The translations under genes were made by a program, and so were the position numbers. The notes below the pieces were generated by a model. It saw only the letters and a program-made list of their open reading frames with translations. It had not been told where the DNA came from and ran no database searches. Shown piece by piece: positions 1 through 10,088 of a stretch of DNA of 64,000 nucleotides (position 1 is the first letter of the stretch; every line of letters starts with the position of its first letter). Origin of the DNA: Alphaproteobacteria bacterium (GTDB taxonomy: Bacteria > Pseudomonadota > Alphaproteobacteria > SHVV01); the NCBI GenBank assembly GCA_965261735.1, contig OZ253470.1, forward strand, positions 1,440,001 through 1,504,000. The letters run 5' to 3'.

Positions 1-2
1 AG

Positions 3-299
<297 letters not shown>

Positions 300-309
300 G
301 GCCGCCGGT

Positions 310-692
310 CTAGTTGTCGACAAAGGCGGGCCGTCCGGGCGGCAGGGTGGGAGCGCCGTAGGAGACGAGGCTCACCAGCCCCTTGAAGTCCGTGGCCGGC
401 GAGCCCGGTATTTCGCAGAACTTGCGGTCGCTGCGCAGCGCACCCTGGATCAACCGGCAGTCGAGCCCGGTCACGCTGTCGAGCGCGTATTCGGTGAGCC
501 CTTGCCTGACAAGAGGGCAGCCGAAACCGATGCGCCTGAGAAAATCTCGTTCAGGCCGAATCCCCCGAGCACCGGCAGAGCACAATCACCGGTAGCAAGC
601 GAGAGGGTCAGCGCCGTAAGCACACCGCGCGTGGTGTGCCGAAAACTCCCGCGGCCGCGCTGCCCTCCCCATGGCTCGAGGGGAGGCCCCAT
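310..692 (-). pseudogene. Hypothetical exported or lipoprotein, frameshifted near 500
   Basis: Hydrophobic N-terminus ending ATGDC in ORF 471..692 continues as ...SGKG|LTEYALDSVTGLDCRLIQG in ORF 310..585 if one C is restored in GGC(C)TC. Confidence 0.5.
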
Positions 693-757
693 TCAGCATT
701 CATGCTAGGGGATCGGACGGCCCGCGCAAGCAAATCCTGTGGGGGCCCGGGACGCCG

Positions 758-1648
758 TCACCACGCCAGTGCCCGCAGCGCCGCCATGGGAGTGACGCCG
801 GCGGCCGCGCACAGCCGGGCGAGGCGGCGCGGCTCGGGCACCTCGCCAGGGGCCACGCCGAGCTCGTCGGCGTGAATGCCGCCGGTGACCAATACGGCGT
901 CGAGGCCTGCGGCGCCGGCGCCGGCCATGTCCGTATGCAGGCTGTCGCCGACGGCCAGAACGCGGCGGCGTTCGATGCCGGGGTAGCGGGCGAGGCAGGC
1001 CGCATAGGCCGCGGCGTGGGGTTTGCCATGATAGGCGGTGGGGCCACCCATGGCCTCGTAGGCCTCGGCCAGCGCGCCCGCGCAGGGCACGCGGCGCACA
1101 CCCCGCGTTACCGCGAGATCGGGATTGGCGCAGATCATCGGCAGTCGGCGCGCGAGCGCCGCCCGCAGCATCTCGCCGTAGTCGCCGACGTTCTCGTGAT
1201 CGTCGTCGAACAGTCCGGTATTGAGGATGAAGTCCGAGTCCTCGAGCGTGTCTACGGCGCGGTAGTCGAGGCCGCTGACGATCCCCCAATCGCGCGCCGG
1301 CCCGAGGTGGTAGTAGGCGCGCCCGAGGCCGCCGTGCCACGCATCCTCGCGCGCCGCCAAGGCGCGCCGCGTCAGATCGCCCGAGGTGACGATGGCATCG
1401 TAGGCGCCGCGGCGGATGCCGAGCGCCGAGATGCGATGAATGACACGCTTGGAGCGGCGCGGTGCGTTCGACAGCAGGACGAGCTTCATGCCGGACGCGC
1501 GCATGCGGGCCATGCAGTCGAGCGCGCCGGGATAGGGGGCCAGCCCGTCGTGGATGACCCCCCACAGGTCGAGGATGGCGAGGTCGTAGGGGCCGGCCAG
1601 GGCACGCATGCCGCCGAGCATCGTAATGGCGGCGAGGGTCCTCGCCAT
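758..1648 (-). CDS. HAD-superfamily subfamily IIA hydrolase (TIGR01459-like)
   Basis: Motifs LDLWGV, LSNAPR, CANPD, GKP, GDSLHTD. Confidence 0.9.
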   Translation of the reverse strand: MARTLAAITMLGGMRALAGPYDLAILDLWGVIHDGLAPYPGALDCMARMRASGMKLVLLSNAPRRSKRVIHRISALGIRRGAYDAIVTSGDLTRRALAAREDAWHGGLGRAYYHLGPARDWGIVSGLDYRAVDTLEDSDFILNTGLFDDDHENVGDYGEMLRAALARRLPMICANPDLAVTRGVRRVPCAGALAEAYEAMGGPTAYHGKPHAAAYAACLARYPGIERRRVLAVGDSLHTDMAGAGAAGLDAVLVTGGIHADELGVAPGEVPEPRRLARLCAAAGVTPMAALRALAW

Positions 1649-1723
1649 GGCGCCAAGCCCCTGCTGTGGTCCGCAACGCGCGCCGTTGTGCCACGTCGGC
1701 GCGACGATGGCAAAGCGCTGGCG

Positions 1724-2917
1724 CTAGTTGGCGGTCACCCGGCTCGGGCGCGGCGTGCCGAACAGGTAGCCCTGGCCGTAGCCGACGTCGCAATCGAGCA
1801 GATTGAGGAGCGTCTGCTCGCTCTCGATCTTGTCGGCGATCAGGTGCATATCGTTGCCTGCCATCGCCGCCTTGAGCTGGGCGACTTCGGCCACATCGAG
1901 TTCGAGTCCCGAAACCAGAGCTTCGGCCCCGATCTTGGCGAACTTGAAGCCGCGCTCGCTGAGGCGCGGAATATCGAGATCGAGGGAGGTGATGTGGTCG
2001 ACGGAGAAGGCGAAGCCGAGTCCGGTGAGGCGCGATAGGCAGGTGTCCAGTTCGGGCGCGAACGCCTCGGCGTAGGGAAACTCGAAGGTCAACGACCGGG
2101 CCAATTCCGCGTTGTGCTCGAGGAAGTCGGCGAGCTGCGGCAGGAAGGCCTCATCGCTCAAGCTCGCCGATGACAGGTTGCAGAAATAACCGACGTCGAG
2201 TTTGTCGCGCCTCATCCAGCGGATCAAGCGAACGCAGCGCAGGACCACGAGGTTGTCGAGCGACGAGGCGAGGCCCTGTTGACAGGCGAGCGGCAGGTAC
2301 TGGGACGGCATCACGAGCCCGCCCGACTCGTCCCGGATGCGGGTATAGGTCTCGTAAAACCGAACCTTGCGGCCGGGTAGGCTGACCACCGGCTGGACGT
2401 AGAGATCGAGGCGGTTCTCGCTGATGGCCCGCCCCATGATCTCGGCTATCTCGGTTTGCTCGCGCGCGGGCGACGACGGGGCCGGCACCAGCGAGGGTCC
2501 AGCCCGTATGACGGGCGCCTGTCGAGCGTTGGTAGGCTGTGCCGGCTGCCCGCCCAGCTTTTCGAGCATGCCGCCGAGGGCCCGCATTTCCATAATCATT
2601 TCGGCATTGCCGTTCGCCACCTCGCCCGTTTCAAGGGCGAGGTTGAGCTTGTTGATGCCGTGCTCGGCGAACGCGAGGCGGTGGCTCGTCTGGGAGCAAG
2701 CCTTGTTGACATTGTGAAGCGCCGCCATCAGCCGGTGTCGCTCGACCAAGCGCGCGAGCACCTCGTGGCTCAAGGCCGCCGCGAGAAAGATGATCGCGCC
2801 CGCGGCGTAGGCCAAATGGGGCGCGATCCCCGGGACCGCGCGCGGCAAGCTCGCGGCGATCGCCATGGCCGTTATCGCGTAAACAACCACACTCGCGCTG
2901 TGGCCCAACCGGAACAT
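1724..2917 (-). CDS. Membrane-anchored degenerate EAL-domain protein (TipF-like c-di-GMP effector)
   Basis: Two N-terminal TM helices and a coiled region, then QPVV..YETYTR (in place of EAL), CNLS, SVDH (in place of DDFG), KI, GQGYLFG. Confidence 0.8.
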   Translation of the reverse strand: MFRLGHSASVVVYAITAMAIAASLPRAVPGIAPHLAYAAGAIIFLAAALSHEVLARLVERHRLMAALHNVNKACSQTSHRLAFAEHGINKLNLALETGEVANGNAEMIMEMRALGGMLEKLGGQPAQPTNARQAPVIRAGPSLVPAPSSPAREQTEIAEIMGRAISENRLDLYVQPVVSLPGRKVRFYETYTRIRDESGGLVMPSQYLPLACQQGLASSLDNLVVLRCVRLIRWMRRDKLDVGYFCNLSSASLSDEAFLPQLADFLEHNAELARSLTFEFPYAEAFAPELDTCLSRLTGLGFAFSVDHITSLDLDIPRLSERGFKFAKIGAEALVSGLELDVAEVAQLKAAMAGNDMHLIADKIESEQTLLNLLDCDVGYGQGYLFGTPRPSRVTAN

Positions 2918-2998
2918 GTGCGCGCTCCTTCCTGAAGCCGCCATTCGGTGGGCGCCACAGTGGCGCATAATCGTTGACGGATTGTTATCGCCGGCGGC

Positions 2999-4045
2999 CT
3001 AACGCAGGTCGGCGCCGACCGCGTCCGCGACGCGGGTGAAGCCGTCGGCCTTGAGGCGCGCGGCGAGGTCGGCCTTGATGCGGCCGATCAGCGCCGGGCC
3101 CTGAAAAACGAGGGCCGTGTAGAGCTGTACGAGCGAAGCACCGGCGCGGATCTTGGCGTAGGCGTCGCCCCCCGAGGCGATGCCGCCGGTGCCGACGAGG
3201 GTGATCCGCCCCCCGGCCAGCCGGTGGGCCTCGCGCAAGAGCGCGGTCGAGGGCTCCATCAGGGGCTTGCCGCTCAGTCCCCCGGCCTCGCCGCGATGGC
3301 GGCTCCGCAGGCCGTCGCGATAACCGGTACTGGTATTGCCGACGATGATCCCGTCGATGCCGCGCGCGATCGCGACCCCGACGATGTCCTCGAGCGCCGC
3401 GCCGTCGAGGTCAGGCGCGATCTTGACCAACAACGGTGCGTCCGGGGCTCGGGCGGCGCCGATGCGCGCGAGCAGGGCATCGAAGGCATCGCGCTCCTGG
3501 AGCGAGCGAAGGCCCGGGGTATTCGGCGAGGAAATGTTGACGACGAAATAGTCGGCGAGGCCACCCAGAGCGGTCAGCCCCGCCAGGTAGTCGCCGGGCA
3601 CGTCGGCGCTATCGGCATTGGCGCCGAGATTGACCCCGAGGAGGGCCGCACCGCGGTCGCGCCTGGCCAGCCGCGCGGCGACCGCCACCAGGCCCTCGTT
3701 GTTGAAGCCGAGGCGATTGATAATCGCTCGGTCTGCGCCGAGGCGAAACAGGCGCGGGCGCGGGTTGCCGGGCTGCGGCCGCGGCGTGACGCTGCCGACC
3801 TCGACGAAGCCGAAACCGAGCCCCGCCATCGCATCGGCGACCCTCGCGTCCTTGTCGAAGCCGGCGGCGAGTCCGACGGGGTTGCGAAAGTCACGCCCCC
3901 ACAGGCGGATCGCGAGCACCGAGTCGTCGACGCTGGTGCGGGCCGGCCGCGGCCCCCTCTCGAGTCCCCACACGGTGAGCCGATGCGCGGCCTCGGGATC
4001 GAGGAGCCGCAGGAGCGGCAGCGCTAGGCCGTAGAGTTGTTGCAC
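2999..4045 (-). CDS. pyrD: Quinone-dependent dihydroorotate dehydrogenase (class 2)
   Basis: GLAAGFDK, INRLGFNN, NISSPNTPGLR, KIAPD, GGLSG; GTG start inferred. Confidence 0.95.
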   Translation of the reverse strand: MQQLYGLALPLLRLLDPEAAHRLTVWGLERGPRPARTSVDDSVLAIRLWGRDFRNPVGLAAGFDKDARVADAMAGLGFGFVEVGSVTPRPQPGNPRPRLFRLGADRAIINRLGFNNEGLVAVAARLARRDRGAALLGVNLGANADSADVPGDYLAGLTALGGLADYFVVNISSPNTPGLRSLQERDAFDALLARIGAARAPDAPLLVKIAPDLDGAALEDIVGVAIARGIDGIIVGNTSTGYRDGLRSRHRGEAGGLSGKPLMEPSTALLREAHRLAGGRITLVGTGGIASGGDAYAKIRAGASLVQLYTALVFQGPALIGRIKADLAARLKADGFTRVADAVGADLR

Positions 4046-4129
4046 GCTTCCCGACACCCGCCGCTCGCGCGCGCCGCACGCCGCGTCCGCGCTCTCGACA
4101 ACATCGCCATCGCGGCCCATCCTTCCGTC

Positions 4130-5425
4130 ATGCGCCGTTGGCTGGCAACCCTGTTGTGCCTCGCGCTCCTCTGCGCGAGCGCCGAGGCACCGCTCGCGCG
4201 CCCTGCGGATGGGCCACCGCGCGCGGTGCTCGCGGCCGCGATCGACGTGGCGTGCGAGGAGCCGCCTGCCAGCCTGGAACGGATGGCGGCGCGGTTCGGC
4301 CCGGGTGCGCGCGCGATCGTCCATGAGGCCGTGCGCGCGGGTCGCGGCGACGAGGGCTGGCGCCGGAGCTTCACCCTGCCGGCCTACGGCCTCCTCGAAA
4401 TCACGCGCTACGCCCCGGGCGGCACGCTGCGCCATATCAGCATCGACTACGCGGCCCTGTCCGACGACGCCCTGCGGCCGACGATGATGGTGATCGCGGG
4501 CCCCGACTGCGCCATCGTCGAGGGCCGGCGCCTGCGCTACGATCGCGCAGGTTTAGCCGCCGCCGTCGAGATCCTCGATGCCAACCTCGAGCCGCGCGGC
4601 CGAACCGAGCCGCTCAACCCGCCGCTACCGCCGGTCACGGGGGGCGGGCCGCGAGCCGGCCCGGTCACGGTCGCGCTCGTCGATTCTGGCGTCAACTACC
4701 TGCTGCCCGGGATTGCCGCCGCTCTGGCGCGCGACGATCGCGGACGCGCCCTCGGCTATGACTACTGGGATCTCGATCCCCGGCCCTTTGACGGCGATAC
4801 GACTCGGTCGCCCTTCTTCCCCGAACGCCGCGGCACCCGGGTCGCCAGCCTGCTGCTGCGCGAGGCGCCCGAGATCCGCCTCATTCCCTATCGCTTTCCG
4901 CGCCCCGAGCCGCGCCGCATGGGCGATCTCCTGGCCGATGCGGCTGCCAATGGTGCCGACATTCTGTTGCTCACCTACGCCACCATGGACGCCGCGGCCT
5001 GGTTGCCGTTCGCGCGCGCAGCGGCGGCGCGGCCGGACCTCCTCGTGGTGGTGGCGGCCGGAAACGAGGGCCGCGACATCGATCGTGAGCCCGTTTACCC
5101 GGCCGCATTGGGGCTCGCCAATCTGGTCTCGGTGACGGCCACCGGCGGCGATGGCACTCCCCTGGCCGCCGCCAACTGGGGGCCGGCGAGTGTGCATCTG
5201 ATGGTGGCGGGCGAGAATGTGGCGGTGACCGATTTCACCGGTGAGCCAGCGCTCGCCTCGGGCACCGAGATTGCGGCGGCGCGGGTCGCCGCGCTGGCGG
5301 CGCGCCTGAAGTCGGCCCATCCGGGGTGGCAGGCGGCGGACCTTATGCGCGCGATGTTCGCGCGCGCGGAGCGCGCGCCCGCCCACGTGCGGCACGGGCT
5401 GATCGCCGACCCAACGGCCGATTGA
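4130..5425 (+). CDS. Secreted S8 subtilase-fold protein, catalytic His and Ser substituted
   Basis: Signal peptide MRRWLATLLCLALLCASAEA; VALVDSG, AAGN and VYPA present; HGT is RGT and GTS is GTE. Confidence 0.8.
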   Translation: MRRWLATLLCLALLCASAEAPLARPADGPPRAVLAAAIDVACEEPPASLERMAARFGPGARAIVHEAVRAGRGDEGWRRSFTLPAYGLLEITRYAPGGTLRHISIDYAALSDDALRPTMMVIAGPDCAIVEGRRLRYDRAGLAAAVEILDANLEPRGRTEPLNPPLPPVTGGGPRAGPVTVALVDSGVNYLLPGIAAALARDDRGRALGYDYWDLDPRPFDGDTTRSPFFPERRGTRVASLLLREAPEIRLIPYRFPRPEPRRMGDLLADAAANGADILLLTYATMDAAAWLPFARAAAARPDLLVVVAAGNEGRDIDREPVYPAALGLANLVSVTATGGDGTPLAAANWGPASVHLMVAGENVAVTDFTGEPALASGTEIAAARVAALAARLKSAHPGWQAADLMRAMFARAERAPAHVRHGLIADPTAD

Positions 5426-5481
5426 TCGACCACGCCCTACCCGAACGGTGCGCTCCACGTTTCGGCTAGAATGGATGCGTC

Positions 5482-8346
5482 ATGTCGAGCCAACCAACGA
5501 CCGCCGAGGCCGCCTCGCGCGATGATCCCGCGCTGCGGCTCCTCGACGTCGCCAGAGAACTTGCGGTCGAACTGCATCCGGATCGCGCGCCCGATCTGAT
5601 CGTCGGCCTCGACAGCCACCTCGACCGCGACCTCGGCCTCGATAGCCTAGGCCGCGCCGAGCTGATGCTGCGGCTCGAGCGCGCGTTCGCGATAGCGCTA
5701 CCCGAATCGCTGCTGTCCGATGCCGAGACTACGCGCGACCTGCTGACCGCCCTGCTCGAGACCGATCCGCGCGCGCGCCAGCGGCGCTGGAGCGAGACGC
5801 GTCCGCTCGCGCTCGGCCCCGCCACCGCCGCGCCCGCCGACGCGGCGACCCTCGTGGAAGTCCTGGACTGGCACATCGACCGCCATCCCGACCGTCCGCA
5901 TATCATTCTCGCCGAGGAGTCGGGTGCGGAGCTGACCATCAGCTACAACGAGCTCGGCGAGGGGGCGCGCGCACTAGCCAGAGGGTTGCGCCGGCATGGC
6001 GTCGAGCCGGGCGAGCGCGTCGCGATCATGCTGCCAACGGGCGCCGCCTTCTTCCGCACCTTCTTCGCCATCCTCTATGCCGGCGCCATCCCGGTACCCA
6101 TCTACCCGCCGATGAGCCTCGCGCGGATCGAGGACCACCTTCGGCGCCAGGCCGCGATCCTCAACAATGCCGGTGCCACGATCCTGATCACCGTGCCCGA
6201 GGGGCGCCGCCTCGCGGCACTCCTCAAGGCCCTGATCGGCAGCCTGCGCGCCGTCGAGACCGCCGACGACCTCGAGGCGCTCGCGCGCGTACCCGCGCCC
6301 GATGACGACTGGAGCGCCGCGCCCGGGGGACAGGATATCGCGCTCCTGCAGTACACCTCCGGCAGCACCGGCGATCCCAAGGGCGTCGTTCTCAGCCACG
6401 CCAACCTGCTCGCCAACATCCGTGCCATGGGCCGTGTGATGGACGTCGATTCGTCCGACGTCTTCATCAGCTGGTTGCCGCTCTATCACGACATGGGGTT
6501 GATCGGTGCCTGGCTCGGCAGCCTGTATTTCGCGGTACCGGTCGTGATTCTGTCGCCGCTCAGCTTTCTCGCGCGGCCGCACATCTGGTTGTGGGCAATC
6601 CACCGCCATCGCGGCACCCTCTCCGCCGCCCCCAACTTCGCCTTCGAGCTGTGCCTCAGCAAGATCGACGCGCACGACCTCGAAGGTCTCGACCTGGGCT
6701 CGCTCCGGCTGCTGGCCAACGGCGCCGAGCCGGTGAGCGTGGCCACCATCCGGCGCTTCTCCGAGCGCCTGGCCCCGTTCGGATTTCGTCCGCAGGCGAT
6801 GGCGCCGGTGTACGGTCTCGCCGAGTGCTCGGTCGGGCTCGCCTTTCCGCCCCCGGGGCGTGCCCCGCTCATCGATCGTATCGCGCGCGATGCCTTGAGC
6901 CGCGGCGGCGAGGCGGTCCCGGCGGCGGACAGCGAGGCCGCGATCGAGATCGTGGCCTGTGGCCGGCCGCTGCCCGGCCATCAGATCCGAATCGTCGACG
7001 CGACCGGGCGCGAGGTCGAGGAACGGCGCGAGGGACGCTTGCAGTTCCGCGGCCCCTCGACCACCGCCGGCTACTACCGTAGCGCCGAGAAGACCCGCGA
7101 GCTGTTCGACGGCGAGTGGCTGGAGAGCGGCGATCTCGCCTACGTCGCCGGCGGCGATATTTACCTCACCGGCCGCGTCAAGGACATCATCATCCGCGCC
7201 GGCCGCAACATCTACCCACACGAAGTGGAGCAGGCGGTGGGCGAGGTCGACGGGGTGCGCAAGGGGTCGGTCGCCGTCTTTGCCAGCCCCGAGCCGGGCT
7301 CGGCCGCGGAGCGCATCGTCGTCGTGGCGGAAACGCGCGAGATGGACGGTGACGCCCGCCGCGAGCTGCGCCAGCGGATCGACATCGTGGCGACCGACCT
7401 GCTGCAGGCGCCGGTGGACGAGATCGTGCTGGCGCCGCCGCGCTCGGTACCGAAGACCTCGAGCGGTAAGATTCGACGGACGGCCAGCCGCGACCTCTAT
7501 CGCGGCGGCCGTTTCGGCGCGGCGCCGCGGCCGTGGTGGTGGCAGCTAGCGCGGCTCGCGGGCGCCACCCTAGCCCCGTCCGGACGGCGCTGGCGGGGCA
7601 CGGCGGGCGCGGCCCTCTATGCCGCCTATTGGTGGGGCGTCGTCGGATTGGTCGGCGGCGTGACATGGCCCGTGGTCGTGGCGCTGCCGTCGCGCGCGGC
7701 CCGATGGTCGGTGGTGCGCGCCGTGGCCCGGATCGTGCTCCGGCTCACGGGCGCGCGCCTCAGTGTTTTCGGGCGCGACCACCTGGTGCCGGGCGGCGCG
7801 GTGCTCGTCGCCAATCACGCCAGCTACCTCGATGGCCTCGCCCTGATCGCGGTGCTGCCCGGCGAGACGGCGTTCGCCGTCAAGCACGAGCTCGCGGAGC
7901 GGTTCTTTGCCGGGCTATTCCTGCGCCGGCTCGGCGCTCTGTTCGTCGAGCGCTTCGACGTCGAGCGCGGCATCGCCGATACCGCGCACGCCTGTTCCGC
8001 GGCGGCGGCCGGCGCACGGCTGCTGTTCTTTCCCGAGGGCACGCTGACGCGCCGGCCCGGCCTCCTCGATTTTCGCCTCGGTGCCTTCCTGGTCGCGGCC
8101 GAGGCTGGCGTGCCGGTAGTGCCGGTAACGCTCCACGGAACGCGCTCGATCCTGCGCGGCAATCAATGGTTTCCGCGCCGCGGCACCGTCGCGGTCGAGG
8201 TTGCGCCGGCGGTCGCGCCCGAGGGGAACGACTTCGCCGCCGCGCTCCGATTACGCGACGCCGCCCGGGCGGCGATATTGTCGCGCTGCGGCGAGCCCGA
8301 TCTGGCCGGCGAGGGCGCGCCCGTCTTTGCGCCTCCGGCGGACTAA
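5482..8346 (+). CDS. ACP / fatty acyl-AMP ligase / PlsC-type acyltransferase fusion
   Basis: LGLDSL phosphopantetheine site; QYTSGSTGDPKG, SWLPLYHDMGL, YGLAE, PKTSSGK; TM segment; NHASYLD and FFPEGT. Confidence 0.9.
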   Translation: MSSQPTTAEAASRDDPALRLLDVARELAVELHPDRAPDLIVGLDSHLDRDLGLDSLGRAELMLRLERAFAIALPESLLSDAETTRDLLTALLETDPRARQRRWSETRPLALGPATAAPADAATLVEVLDWHIDRHPDRPHIILAEESGAELTISYNELGEGARALARGLRRHGVEPGERVAIMLPTGAAFFRTFFAILYAGAIPVPIYPPMSLARIEDHLRRQAAILNNAGATILITVPEGRRLAALLKALIGSLRAVETADDLEALARVPAPDDDWSAAPGGQDIALLQYTSGSTGDPKGVVLSHANLLANIRAMGRVMDVDSSDVFISWLPLYHDMGLIGAWLGSLYFAVPVVILSPLSFLARPHIWLWAIHRHRGTLSAAPNFAFELCLSKIDAHDLEGLDLGSLRLLANGAEPVSVATIRRFSERLAPFGFRPQAMAPVYGLAECSVGLAFPPPGRAPLIDRIARDALSRGGEAVPAADSEAAIEIVACGRPLPGHQIRIVDATGREVEERREGRLQFRGPSTTAGYYRSAEKTRELFDGEWLESGDLAYVAGGDIYLTGRVKDIIIRAGRNIYPHEVEQAVGEVDGVRKGSVAVFASPEPGSAAERIVVVAETREMDGDARRELRQRIDIVATDLLQAPVDEIVLAPPRSVPKTSSGKIRRTASRDLYRGGRFGAAPRPWWWQLARLAGATLAPSGRRWRGTAGAALYAAYWWGVVGLVGGVTWPVVVALPSRAARWSVVRAVARIVLRLTGARLSVFGRDHLVPGGAVLVANHASYLDGLALIAVLPGETAFAVKHELAERFFAGLFLRRLGALFVERFDVERGIADTAHACSAAAAGARLLFFPEGTLTRRPGLLDFRLGAFLVAAEAGVPVVPVTLHGTRSILRGNQWFPRRGTVAVEVAPAVAPEGNDFAAALRLRDAARAAILSRCGEPDLAGEGAPVFAPPAD

Positions 8347-8366
8347 GTCCAGCGCTGTCGCGGGCC

Positions 8367-9989
8367 CTAAGGCGCGGTCTGGGTATCGAGCTGCGGCAGG
8401 GCTTCGCTGGCGGCGAGGTCCTCACCGGCAAGGACGCGTTGGATGAGGGCAACCGTTTCGCCGAGGCCGTAGAGCGCGATGAAAGAGCCCATGCGCGGGC
8501 CGGCGCTCTGCCCCAATAGCAGCTCGTAGAGCGCCCGGAACCAGTCGCGTAGCGCCGCAAAGCCGTGACGCTTGCCGACCTCGTAGACCTCGTACTGGAT
8601 CGCCTCGGCATCGGCACCCGCCGGTAGTGCCGACAGCATTGCCGCCAGATCTTCAAGCGCGGCGCGCTCATCGGGCGTTGGCGCTCGATAGCGCTTGGCC
8701 GGCTTCACGAAGTCGACGAAATAAGCGATCGCGTAGTGAACGAGGCTGTCGAGTATCGGATGGGTATCGGCCCTCGCCCCTGTCGCGTAGCGGCTGACAA
8801 ATCCCCACAGCACGCCCGGATCGTCGGTGTTGCATACGCTGGCGAGGTTGAGGAGGACGGCGAAGCTCAGGGGGACGCTCTCACCCGGCGGCGCCCCGCC
8901 GTGGACGTGCCACGCCGGGTTGTCGAGGCGCGCGGCCTCGTCCAGGCCGGGATAGGCGGCGAGCAGCCCGAGGTGCTCGTCGACGGCACGGGGAATGACG
9001 TCGAAGTAGAGCCGCTTGGCCTTGCGCGGCGCCTGATACATGAAAAGCGCGAGGCTCTCGGGTGAGGCGTAGCGCAGCCACTCGTCGACGGTGAGCCCGT
9101 TGCCGCGCGATTTCGAGATCTTCTCGCCCGCCTCGTCGAGGAAGAGCTCGTAGGTGAAGCCAGCCGGTGGCTTGCCGCCGAGGATGCGCGCGATGCGGCT
9201 CGACAGCCGGACCGAATCGATCAGGTCCTTGCCCGACATCTCATAGTCGACCTCGAGGGCGGTCCAGCGCATCGCCCAGTCGACCTTCCATTGCAGCTTA
9301 CAATGGCCGCCCGTGACCGGCACCTCGACCAGCTTGGCGTCCTCGTTGCGATAGGTGATGGTGGCGGCGTCCACGTCGCGCGCCACCACCGGTACCTGGA
9401 GGACGCGCCCGGTGCGCGGGCACAGCGGCAGGAACGGGCTGTAGGTCGCGCGCCGCTCGGGCCCGAGCGTCGGCCTCACCACGTCCATGATCGCGTCGTA
9501 GTGGTCGAGCACGGCGCAGAGCGTCGGATCGAACCGCCCCGACCGGTAACACTCGGTGGCGCTCAGGAACTCGTAGTCGAAGCCGAAGCGGTCGAGAAAG
9601 GCGCGCAGCCGCGCGTTCATGGTGTGGCCGTAGCTCTCGCTCTCGCCGAAGGGGTCGGGAATGGAGGTCAAGGGCTTACCGAGGTGCTGGGCCACGAGGT
9701 CGCGGTCGGGGATGTTGTCGGGCACGCCGCGCAGCCCATCCATGTCGTCGGAAAAGGCGAAGAGGCGGGTGGGCAGCGGCGATAGCACGGTGAAGGCGTG
9801 GCGCACCATGTTGGTGCGCACGACCTCGCCGAAGGTGCCGATGTGGGGCAGGCCCGAGGGGCCGTAGCCGGTTTCGAACAGCACGTAGCCCTTGGCCGGC
9901 GCGGCCTGGCCAATGCGCGACGCGAGCTCCCGGGCCTCGGCGAACGGCCACGCCTTGGCGCTGTGCGCGATCTCGTTTTCGCTCGGCAT
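8367..9989 (-). CDS. lysS: Lysine--tRNA ligase, class I
   Basis: GPSGLPHIGT (HIGH-like), KISKSRGN (KMSKS-like), GPRMG anticodon domain. Confidence 0.95.
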   Translation of the reverse strand: MPSENEIAHSAKAWPFAEARELASRIGQAAPAKGYVLFETGYGPSGLPHIGTFGEVVRTNMVRHAFTVLSPLPTRLFAFSDDMDGLRGVPDNIPDRDLVAQHLGKPLTSIPDPFGESESYGHTMNARLRAFLDRFGFDYEFLSATECYRSGRFDPTLCAVLDHYDAIMDVVRPTLGPERRATYSPFLPLCPRTGRVLQVPVVARDVDAATITYRNEDAKLVEVPVTGGHCKLQWKVDWAMRWTALEVDYEMSGKDLIDSVRLSSRIARILGGKPPAGFTYELFLDEAGEKISKSRGNGLTVDEWLRYASPESLALFMYQAPRKAKRLYFDVIPRAVDEHLGLLAAYPGLDEAARLDNPAWHVHGGAPPGESVPLSFAVLLNLASVCNTDDPGVLWGFVSRYATGARADTHPILDSLVHYAIAYFVDFVKPAKRYRAPTPDERAALEDLAAMLSALPAGADAEAIQYEVYEVGKRHGFAALRDWFRALYELLLGQSAGPRMGSFIALYGLGETVALIQRVLAGEDLAASEALPQLDTQTAP

Positions 9990-10088
9990 CCGGGGGCCTC
10001 ACCTGGTCGAGCGGCAAGGTGGCGTAAGCCCGCCGCAGCGTCAATGCTTCTCGGCCGCGGCCCTTGGGCGATCCCCTATACTGGACGC

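Noticed and set aside
8367-9989. Class I LysRS as evidence of archaeal gene transfer
   Set aside because: Class I LysRS is normal in many Alphaproteobacteria and codon usage is host-like
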